Origin: Octopus vulgaris
Lineage: Eukaryota
Reading direction: 5' to 3'
NCBI GenBank assembly: GCA_951406725.2
Contig: OX597821.1
Span: 81,902,001 to 81,966,000, forward strand
Length of the DNA: 64,000 nucleotides
The translations under genes and the position numbers were made by a program. Positions 53,440-64,000 of the stretch are shown here, one piece after another; within the stretch, counting starts at the first letter, position 1; the number at the start of each line of letters is the position of its first letter. The notes under the pieces were generated by a model. It was not told where the DNA came from. It worked only from the letters and a program-made list of their open reading frames with translations, and ran no database searches.

Positions 53440-54352
53440 TATTATTATAATTAAATATTATACGGACCCCCTTCAGTCATGAATGACCATGGGTTTGCAT
53501 CTAGAACATTCTCCTCCAAGGCACAAGTCCAGGTAAGGTTGTTTATGGAAGACCAGCAGTCACTCATGCATACCTATCTCTCCTCTCAATGCCACTGATG
53601 TTAGCCAAGGGAAAGGCAAAGGCTGATACAGCTTGGTACCAGTGATGTCGCAACTCATTTCTACAGCTGAGTGAACTGGAGCAATGTGAAACAAAGTGTC
53701 TTGCTCAAGAGCACAACACACAACCTGGTCCAGGAATCAAACTCATTACTTCACGATTGTGAGCCTGATGATCTAACCACTGAGCCATGTGCCTTATGAG
53801 CAATAACTTGGCTATATATCTGCAATACACAACATGTTTTAACAATTTTTTTCTTACAGTTCCTAAATAATATTAGGAATTGTATAAAAAAATTGTCAAA
53901 ATATTTTGTGTATTGAAGATGTTTAACCAATTTATTGCTTATAAATTTTAACAACAAAATCTTACATGGACCTCCCAAGGGTCCATATCACATAGATTAA
54001 AGATATTTTTTTAATACTTAGTTAAATATTTTTATGATTAATAATAAACTTCCAGATATATCAAGGCAGTTGATTTATTTGGAAAAGAACATTGATGTAT
54101 TAAATCAATTCAAAATGGAAAAGGTTTTGAAAGAAATTGTTTAAAAGGTTAATACGAGTGGAGGAATTGCTGTAAGAACTGAGAAAAAAAAGTAAAAAGA
54201 AAATCAGAACCAGTATCATCACTAAAATACACATCAAAGAAAATGTAGCAACATTACAGAAGATATACGCAATGTTGTGACAGTTCCCAAATACATACAT
54301 ATATATATATATATCTATATATCTATGTATTTGTGTGTATGTGTGTGTGTGT

Positions 54353-54388
<36 letters not shown>

Positions 54389-54909
54389 TCTTTTAGTCTT
54401 TTACTTGCTTCAGTCATTTGACTCTGGCCATGCTGGAGCACTGCCTTTATTCGAACAAATCAACCCCAGGACTTATTCTTTGTAAACCTAATCTTTATTC
54501 TATTGGTCCCTTTGGCCAAACCACTAAGTTATGGGGACATAGACACACCAACCTCGGTTGTCAAGCGATGGTGGGGGGGACAAACACACAGACATATACA
54601 CATATAAATATATATATATATATGACAGGCTTCTTTCAGTTTCCGTCTACCAAATCCACTCACAAGCCTTTGGTTGGCTCAAGGCTATAGTAGAAGACAC
54701 TTGCCTGAGGTACCATACAATGGGACTGAACCTGGAACCATGTGTTTGGGAAGCAAGCTTCTTACCACATAGCCACACCTACACCTGTATATACATATAT
54801 AATTTAAGAATCCGTGAGTCAGAAAAAATATGTATGCGTATATTTGCCAATAGAGTGGGTATATTGACTGAAGTGTACTGTATTATATAGCTATTATGGC
54901 TGATCTTAC

Positions 54910-55019
54910 CAATCAGTTTTGCATTGGGTGTTAAAAATGGATGGTAGATAACAGTCTGATGGTGTAATCTTGCACTCGTCAGAGCTGGTAGTCATGGAAG
55001 AAAATATAGCAATTGCTCT
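54910..55019 (-). CDS. candidate exon 2 of an unknown minus-strand gene
   Basis: Acceptor TTTTCACCTCCAATTACAG, donor G|GTAAGA; 110 nt, open only in phase 0 (RAIAIFSSMTTSSDECKITPSDCYLPSIFNTQCKTD), exits in phase 2. Confidence 0.3.
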
Positions 55020-56102
55020 CTGTAATTGGAGGTGAAAATTTAAAGAGGATTTAAAAATCTGAGCAGTTTCTTCAATCAGAACTCCTGCAAATACCAGCTA
55101 ACAGGGTATATAGAAGTTGGCAGCTTTTCTTAAAAGAAACCTTTCCATACAAACAGAAATTCCAGAGATAATTTGCACTACAATATAAAGTGAAGGACAA
55201 CTAAACACTCATACACATCATACACAGCTATGTGTCACACAAGTCCACTGAAGTGTGAACATGTCACAGAAACTAGCTCTCCTGCTGAAGTGTTAAACAG
55301 GCTTTGTGTGTTCAGCGGTGAGCTCAAGACAGTCAGAGACTAATACTGAAAACTGTAACTAAACCTGGAGAAGGCAACAGGAAACCATTGATGTATCTTG
55401 TATCTTTCCCAAGAAAAAAACCCCCATTAATCTTCAGACTTTGGTATGGAGGTATATGATCACCAATGCCTGTTTTAAAGGTATAGCACATGAAGAAAGA
55501 GGTGTCCTTCTTTTATTTGAATGGCAAAAAGGAACTGGAGGAAGATTTGGCTACCATTTGTATCTAACCAAGTAACCATATAGAGGCTCATCAGTGAATC
55601 AAATAGCTTGTAATGTTTATGACTGACTGGCAGATGTTTCTTGATTAGTGGTAAGAAATTGCATATATATATACCCACATCTCTGTAAAATGATTTGCCA
55701 TGTAGCTCTTCCACAATTAGAAACTTGTTGTTTTGATCCCTTCTTTCATACTTGAACTTCTTATCTAGAATAAAGTTGGCTCCCTCTTTACTGTAGCTCC
55801 ACTAAGTTGAAGAAGATCATAGTCTTGTGAGCTGCATGCCAACTTCACTAGTGCTGGTGCCATGAAAAAGGCACTCAGTACACTCTGTAAAGTGGTTGGC
55901 ATTAAGAAGGGCATCCAACCATAGAAACCATGCCAAAGCTGACACTGGAGTGGGCTACAATCCCTGGACCCAATGGATCCTGTCAAGCCATCCAGGCCAT
56001 GCTAGCATGGGAGATGGACATCAAAAGATGATGATTGATGATGATGATGATGATATGTGTGTGAGCAAGTGTGTGTGGGCAAGAGTGTGTGTGTGCATGC
56101 AC

Positions 56103-56150
<48 letters not shown>

Positions 56151-58244
56151 AAGTGTGTGTTTAAATATCTATACGTAGTGGTGGGTGGTTGTGACCAGAA
56201 ACTTATCATTTTGAAAAAGAAAAAAAATCTGAAGTATTTGAAAATATTCTTTTGGCATGTTTTAATCAAAAGAATTGCTGGGAAACCATCGACGTCTGAA
56301 GCTGTGTTCACAGGTGCCTTTTATCTATGGCAGATATTACATATTTTCTTAATATAAAGCTATAATTGATGATTACCACTTTCCTATGTGAAATTGGGCC
56401 AACTTAACTGGTTCAGTTATTAACATGTGTACCAAAGGGGTGCAGTAGGAGAAACACTGTTGATTCTTTATTCCATGTTCCACTTGATTTATGAAGGTTA
56501 GCAGTGAGTGAGCTGTAGGTGTGGAAACACTGCAACACTGATAAGTGGCTCATTAGCTTGTAGTAGTACAAAGTTCAATTCCAATGGGTGTCACCAAAAA
56601 TGAACCAATGAACCTGAATCTTATTGGCTTCATGTATAAATCAATAGGGGTTGGTTATTCACCAAGGAAGGATCTCTGATTGTGGAGAGTCTTGTTAGTT
56701 TGTGGTACTGAGTTCAATTCCAATGGGTGTCACTAAAATTGAATCTGAATCTCATTGACTTCAATTATAAAGCAACAATATTTGATAATTCTGTGAGGAA
56801 GATCTCTGATTATGGAGAGTCAAATAATTGAATAACATAAGAAAGGAATGTCTCAAAAAAGGAGACTCAGAATGCTCATTCCACCTATCAAAACTCAAAC
56901 TCAAATCACACTCTGCTACTGTACTTGATGGCACATAAGACATGCATTTTTTTCTCAAAAAAGTCACACTGGGTCCTATAAGTGAAGTTGCTTTAAATAT
57001 TGCAAGCTTTAAGAAGGCAGCCAGCAGGAAGAATTGTTCGCATGCTGGGCAAAATGTTTTGCAGCATTTTGTCCCTCATTATCTTCTGAGTTCAAATTCT
57101 GCTGAGGTTGACTTTGACTTTCATCCTTTCGGGGTCAATAAAATAAGTACCAGTTGAACACTGGGATTGACATAATTAGCTTGCTGGCCCTGTGCCGGAA
57201 TATGTGAAACCAAAATTACAAACTTTAATGCATTAAAATCTTTTTCCTGAATATGCTTGTGCTGGTACCATGTAGGAAGTACCCATGCCAGTGGGTACAT
57301 GGCACTTGTGCTGGTACCATGTAGAAAGTACCCATGCCAGTGTCATGTAAAAAGCACCTGTGCTGGTGTCATGTAAAAATCCCCCATCACACTCTGTTAA
57401 GTGGTTGGCATTAGGAAGGGCATCTAGCCAGGGAAACCAAACCAACACAGATGACTGGAACCTGGTGCATCCCTCCAGCTCACCAGCTCTAGGCAAACCA
57501 ACCAATCCATACCAGCATGGAAAAACGGATGTCAAATGATGATAATGCATTGCTGAAATCAGGTGCACCTAATATGTCCATGCATCTTATATGCATTTTA
57601 TATAGGTAACTTAGAAAAGAAAGAATACATTAGACAATGTAGTCATCAATACACTACATCTGAAAGGGGTCGGGGAATGAACCTGCGTAGGTGGAGTAGA
57701 GTTTATTATAGATGTATATTATCGAGATTGACATGTGGGTAATACAACAACAAAAACAATAAATAAGAAAAGGAAGAAGACATGTTACATTTCTAGATTT
57801 TAGAAGAGAAGCATGTGTATAGAGATTGTTTATTGGTGCCATTATTGCTGGATGTTCCACAGATTCCAATGATGGACAGTTAGTTCTCTGAGCAACATAA
57901 TAATTTGCTCATTAAATGCACATGTAAAAGTATGTAATGTGGTGTATGTGTGTTGTATATTTTGTTTGTATCTTTTACTTGATTTAGTCATTGGACTGTG
58001 GCCATACTGGGGCACCACCTGAAAGGGTGTAAATGAGCAAGTGAACAAACCTATACCACTTGCAAATCAGTTGCTTGAGAGGATAAACACAGCCACAAAG
58101 ACACACGCCCACACCCACACATATATATGTGTGTTTCGTGTGTGTGTGTGTATATATATTTAAACATACGCATACATATACATCATGAATATATGTGTGT
58201 ATATATCTCTATATATCTATGATATGCATACATGTAAATACATA

Positions 58245-58447
58245 GGCAGAACGTTAGCATGCTGGGCAAAATGCTTAGTGGTATTTCGTCTGTCTTTATT
58301 TTCTGAGTTCAAATTCTGCTGAGGTCGACTTTGCCTTTCATCCTTTTGGGGTCGATAAATTATGTACCAGTTACACACTGGAGTCAACCTAATTGACTGG
58401 CTTCCTCCCACAAAATTTTGGGCCTTGTGCCTAGAGTAGAAAAGGAC
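58245..58447 (+). mobile_element. SINE family B copy with alternative 3' tail
   Basis: Same core as 42896-43111; tail GGCCTTGTGCCTAGAGTAGAAAAG shared with the 22370 copy. Confidence 0.8.
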
Positions 58448-58450
58448 TTA

Positions 58451-58496
<46 letters not shown>

Positions 58497-59473
58497 GGTA
58501 TCACACTATCGACCAGGCTATTGGATGTTGTTATACATCGTTGGTCACAATGCACTTCACATTGTTTTAGCTCTCAAATGAGGCCACTCCACTGACTAGG
58601 CAAGCAGGCCAGTATATCTATATACATTTACATATATGTCTATATACACAGACATGTATGCATGTAGAATAAGGCGTAAAAACCAGTCTCCAATATTTTA
58701 TCTTTACTCCCAGCATTGTAAAGTCAATGTCCTTCACAAACAATACTATGCTCAGGTGGGTAACCTACCTGCTTTGCATAGTGGCATAATGCTAGTATAA
58801 CAGATACATACCAGCAGACGGATATAGAAGAACTACATACCTGTGTAGGTGAATATGTATCGAGATGGGGTGGGGAGAGCTAACCAGTTTTGGATTATAC
58901 TTTTAGCTACCCACCACCACCACCACCATTACTACTACTAGTACTACTACTACATAGCTATACATATGGCTTACATTCATATGCCAAGAATATTTAGGCA
59001 CGTGTGCATGCACACACACACACACAAACTTCCATTCTGCCGTTCAGAGCTTGTCCTCCACTCCTCTATAGCACTCCAACTATCACCATAAATATATATA
59101 TATGGAATGGTTGTTAAAAGGAATTATATATATATACACATCATCATCGTTTAATGTCTGCTTTCCATGCTAGCATGGGTTGGACGATTTGACTGAGGAC
59201 TGGCGAACCAGATGGCTGCACCAGGCTCCAATCTTGATTTGGCAGAGTTTCTACAGCTGAATGCCCTTCCTAATGCCAACCACTCTGAGAGTGTAGTGAG
59301 TGCTTTTACGTGCCACCGGCATGAGAGCCAGTCAGGCGATACTGGCAACAGCCATGCTCAGGTGGTGTTCTGCATTTAAATTGATGTAATGATTGCATTG
59401 TTCAATTAAATGAAGCTGATTGTAATAGTCGTACTCCATCACCTCTTGATATCCTGTTGCTTATTTTGGTTAT

Positions 59474-59508
<35 letters not shown>

Positions 59509-59874
59509 AACTCACATGTATGATATTTATATATGTGGCAATATGTGTGTGTGTGTGTTTGTATATGTTTATGAAGGGTTTCTTTCAATTTTTATCTACC
59601 AGATCCTCTGAGAATGCATTGGTTGTCACTATGGGGCTATAGTTGAAGACACTTGCCTAAGATGCCATGCAGTGGGACTGAACTCAAAATGATGTAAGTG
59701 GAAAACAAGTTTCTTACCACAAAGCCATGCCTACACCTATATACTTACACATGCATGCATGCATACATACAGACATACATACATACATACATCCATACAT
59801 ACATACGTACATACATACATACATACATACATACATACATACATACATACATACATACATGCATACATTATCCT

Positions 59875-61025
59875 TCATTATCAGCTGGAAAGAGGTTGTC
59901 ACAGTTCTAGGACAGCACTCTTCACCCTATGAGATGACATCTGGTGTACCACAGAGATCTGTTCTTGGCCCCCTTATATTTGTTGCATATGTTAATGACA
60001 TAGATGCCAACTTAAAGAATGCCACAGTGCTGAAATATGCAGATGACATCAAGTTGTACCTCGAAATAAAGAGGACAGATCCTGTACACTATAGATCTTT
60101 ATTGCAATCAGACCTGGACACAATGCTGCAGTGGATCATGGACTGGCAACTCAAGCTGGCTGTGGACAAATGTACCACCATGCATTTTGGGAGGAGAAAC
60201 CCAGCATCTACTTACTCCCTCCACAACACTAATCTCAAAAAGTTTTCTTGTGAACGTGACCTGGGCATTATTGTCGACAGCGATTTGCGCTGGACAAAAC
60301 TGGACATTGCTAAAATTGCCAAGAAGGCTGAGGGTGTCTTGGCATCACTCACTAAGTCCTTTGTGAGCTGCTCTCCGGCTATCTATCTGAGGATTTATAT
60401 AGCTATGGTGTGGCCTCACCTGGAATTTACATCACTGGTCTGGAACCCCTATCTTGCCCAGGATATTAATCATCTGGAAACTGTTCAGTGACGTGCAACC
60501 AAGAGAATACCCTCCATCAGGTATTTGCCATATTCTGAACGCCTTACTTCTCTGGTCATGGATACATTGAAACTCCAACGTCTGGCAGCTGACTTGGCAG
60601 ACACTCATAAAATTAGTAACCATCTTACTAACGATAACTCTGAGCACCTTTTCAAACTCCACCTGTCTAACACTTGTGGACATGTTTACAAAGCCAGAAA
60701 ACAGCACAGCTCCCATAACTTTCGGAAACATTTTTTCATGCTAAGAGTTGCTGAAGTATGGAACAAACTGCCGGCATCCTTCAAAACTTCATCCTTCAAA
60801 ACTTCCATGCATCCTTCAAAACTGCATCCTTAAAAACTTCCATGCTTCCTGAGATTTGCCAACACTACACCTGATTTTCTCCCCTCCATACACACACAAG
60901 CATGTATCTGTCTCATACACTGTTCGCTTTCCAGACATTTGTACATTACTTCATATGCTTTATATGCACTTTTGACAAATTGTGGTGCATCTGAGCACTG
61001 TATACAATAATTTCATTATTATTAT
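59875..61025 (+). mobile_element. CR1-type LINE, 5'-truncated, with reverse transcriptase C-terminal half and 3' UTR
   Basis: SGVPQRSVLGP, YVND, KYADDIKLY, ERDLGIIVD, VWNPY; premature stop at 60491; ends in an (ATT)n tail. Confidence 0.92.
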
Positions 61026-61054
61026 TTCATTATTATACATACAGACTACATACA

Positions 61055-61635
61055 TACAAGTTCAGATTTATACCTGTAATTATTGAGGCCCTGGGATATG
61101 TAACACACTGCCTAAATACCAATCTTGAGAAAATAGGCTTCTCAAAACCAGAAGGGGGAGAGCTAATTCGAAGACTACAGATCCAATCTATCCGTGGAAC
61201 TGTAAAAATCTGTAAAATTTTCCAGAAGTTTATCATTTAAATATATATGAGCATGTCTAGACATGCAACTATATGCATGAGAATACACACATAAAGCAAA
61301 GCATACAAATCTGCACACATACATACATACATACATACATACATACATACATACTTACATGCAAACAAAAATACCCTGTTGTTGATGTTGAAATTCAATG
61401 AGGGAGCCTTGAATCTAGGTTAGAAACCAGCTCTTTCTCTATTGGCAAGAAATCTTGAAATAAAATTGAACAATGACTTACATACATACATACATACATA
61501 CATACTTACATGCAAACAAAAATACCCTGTTGTTGATGTTGAAATTCAATGAGGGAGCCTTGGGTCTAGGTTAGAAACCAGCTCTTTCTCTATTGGCAAG
61601 AAATCTTGAAATAAAATTGAACAATGACTTACATA
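61055..61635 (+). mobile_element. RLE-type (R4/Dong-like) LINE 3' end with a 151-bp tandem duplication of the 3' UTR
   Basis: YKFRFIPVIIEALGYV...LEKIGF...GTVKICKIFQKFII*; UTR units start at 61351 and 61502; same family as 19319. Confidence 0.75.
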
Positions 61636-61653
61636 CATATACACATATATAAA

Positions 61654-61883
61654 CAGTGCTGGCCAAAAGTCATCTGACAGTAAATCAAAATTCCATAAAT
61701 ACTTAATTTCATCTATTCATTCCAATTATGAATGTTTAATAATTGAATGCTGTGAGTTAAAATCACAGGATTTTTTTTCAATATTTGTCTTTATTAGCAA
61801 AGTCTCATTTAAAATAATTTTTTGTTCTAATCTTGTAATTAAACGGTTTTGATTTACTGTTAGGTCACTTTTGGCTGACCCTG
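61654..61883. mobile_element. Tc1-like MITE (230 bp)
   Basis: TIRs CAGTGCTGGCCAAAAGTCATCTGACAGTAAATCAAAA / TTTTGATTTACTGTTAGGTCACTTTTGGCTGACCCTG; the CAGTGCTGGCCAAAA start is Tc1-like. Confidence 0.75.
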
Positions 61884-62171
61884 CATATAAGTGTGTGTGT
61901 GGGGGTGTGTGCGTGTGTGTATACAATCACATACACAAACTTACATATATATATATATATATATACACACACATATATGTATGTATATATATATATGTAT
62001 GTATATATATATATGTATATATATATAGGAAGAAAGAGAGGGCAAGAAGAAAAAGAGAGAGATAGATAGAAATACTAAGAGAGTGACTATATCAATGGTA
62101 ATAAGTAGATATAAGGAAACACAACACATGTGCATGCGTGTTCTTCACATATGTACAAACACACGCACACA

Positions 62172-62207
<36 letters not shown>

Positions 62208-62756
62208 CTGTCAAAACCAATTGAAGACAATCATTTTAAAAATGCACACATGTGTGAAGCTAGAAATAGAGAAACTAATTCATTAATTATAGGTATAAAC
62301 AAATATAAACATACGTGCACAGACTGACCCCACCCACACACCCATCCACCCACCAAATGTTGACAATTATAAATGGAAGAAAATAAAGGAGAAATTTTGA
62401 TACGATATAAGAATCTTCTGCAACATAAGTGCGTATGGCAGTGTATGAGTGCAGGCATATGTGTATCTATTCATTATTGTTATCATCATCATTTTACACA
62501 CACACACACATGCACAAATACACATGATGTATTAGTTTATATATGTGTGCGTGTATGTGTATATATATATATGTATATGTATGTATGTTTATACATATAT
62601 ATATATATACTATATCTAAACATACAGTCATAAACAAGCAAACATACATGAACACTCGGATGTACTAAAATGTACTATCCAAAAGTATTATATACATATA
62701 TATATTTATAAACACACACACATATGTATATGTATGTATATATATATATGTATGTG

Positions 62757-62790
<34 letters not shown>

Positions 62791-63143
62791 TGAATATATG
62801 TATGTATGAATATATGTATGTGTATATATGTATGTATGCATGTATGTATGCAAGTATGTATGTGTGTGTGTGTGAGTGTGTGAGTGTGTGAGTGTGTGTG
62901 CGTGTATCTCACATTCATGAAGAACTAAATGTTTTCATTCAAACTTTGCGTAAGATATAAAGAAAAACAAAATTCCATTTCTTGTTTTCTACTAATTAAT
63001 CTCTGAAGTTCAATATTGGGAAATATAAACAGATAAAAAATAAGAAAAAAACCCCTTCAAAACATAACATATTTAACAAGTATTCGTCAATTATCAGTCA
63101 TATTGTTTTAGTTGTCAGACAATTCCAAGGTGATAACCCTTAC

Positions 63144-63209
63144 CTTTTTAGAAGATTTTTCAGTTTTCTGTTGACTGCTCTGTTGCCGGTTGTGTGCAAA
63201 CTTCAGCAT
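63144..63209 (-). CDS. candidate first coding exon of an unknown minus-strand gene (MLKFAHNRQQSSQQKTEKSSKK)
   Basis: CCAACC-ATG Kozak context, in-frame TAA 14 codons upstream, 22 open codons, near-consensus phase-0 donor AAG|GTAAGG, in repeat-free sequence. Confidence 0.4.
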
Positions 63210-64000
63210 GGTTGGAACAGTATGAGACTCACGAAAAATCTGAGAATGTTACCACACAACTACCTGTAGTTTGATTCTTAAACCAAGTAAAATTGTCCTT
63301 GCTGTGTTGTTTGTTTTTCTTTTTCCACCTCTTTCCCTGGACTTTTGGTGAAGAGAGGGTATGGTGTTTGTTTCTTTATTGTTTTTTTTTCTTTTACGTA
63401 GGTTTCAACAATTTTTTTTTTGTTTTTTATAATTTATTTGTTTAAGACTCTACGGTGTTTCAGAATTGGTAAGACATAGCTCAGCCAGTTGCTTTCACTT
63501 AAAGATGGACAACCAGGCATTTCAGATGTGATGGTAACATTTGTTTAGCCTCACAGCTCACCTACCAGCAATGCCAAGAGTGGCAGGTGCTTTTACTTAG
63601 TTTTATAACACCTTACCATGTTCCATTTTTACTCTAGTTCACTGACGTAATAGATTTCTCTAGAAATTCAACCCACACTGATAAATACAAAATACATAGA
63701 AGTATATGTATATAAGAAAATACACAGAAGTATATATATATGTATGTATAAGAATAGAAAGAAAAAAAGCTATTGTAAGTTATCATTTCTGCTTCCACAT
63801 TTTGTGTAGAAGAGAGAAAAATGAAGATGAAGAATAAATGTTGGAGATTTGTTAAGCAAGAACGTTTTCTGTTTTAGAAGTTGTCCATAGAAAAAAAAGA
63901 GAGAAAGAGAGATAGAGAGTTAGTTACTGATGGAAATAACAGAACAAATACTAGCGCTGAGTTAAATCAAAATATTACAGCTGGCACTTGTTAGACCAAA

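Noticed and set aside
55475-55714. ORF containing FLPLIKKHLPVSHKHYKLF
   Set aside because: Only a short resemblance to a Penelope ORF segment; too small to call as a gene or a defined element.
59727-60491. 254-aa reverse transcriptase ORF as an intact or domesticated gene
   Set aside because: The start comes from a SINE and (TACA)n tract, and the RT is 5'-truncated with a premature stop, so it is a dead CR1-type copy.

Overview
Eukaryotic, AT-rich, almost entirely non-coding DNA with very dense microsatellites ((TA)n, (CA)n, (GAT)n, (TAA)n, (TACA)n, (GA)n). The SINE/LINE/microsatellite mix looks like an octopod (Octopus-like) genome; this is my inference, not a database result. No complete protein-coding gene is recognisable, and most ORF-track entries are microsatellite read-throughs or transposon debris. 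Identifiable content: at least three tRNA-derived SINE families, many 5'-truncated RTE LINE tails, CR1-type, R4/Dong-like and HERO-like LINE fragments, a Gypsy LTR+PBS+gag fragment, two mariner elements, several MITEs, and Penelope-like repeats with degenerate hammerhead cores. A phase-compatible chain of small minus-strand exons starting at 63209 may mean the window is mostly intron of a large gene (low confidence). The most unusual observations are a modular array of putative H-type pseudoknots in the RTE 3' UTR, a perfect 159-bp templated inverted duplication inside a SINE, a Tc1/mariner derivative made of two inverted 3' ends, and LINE copies embedded in specific microsatellites. Repeat boundaries are approximate unless TIR/TSD positions are given.
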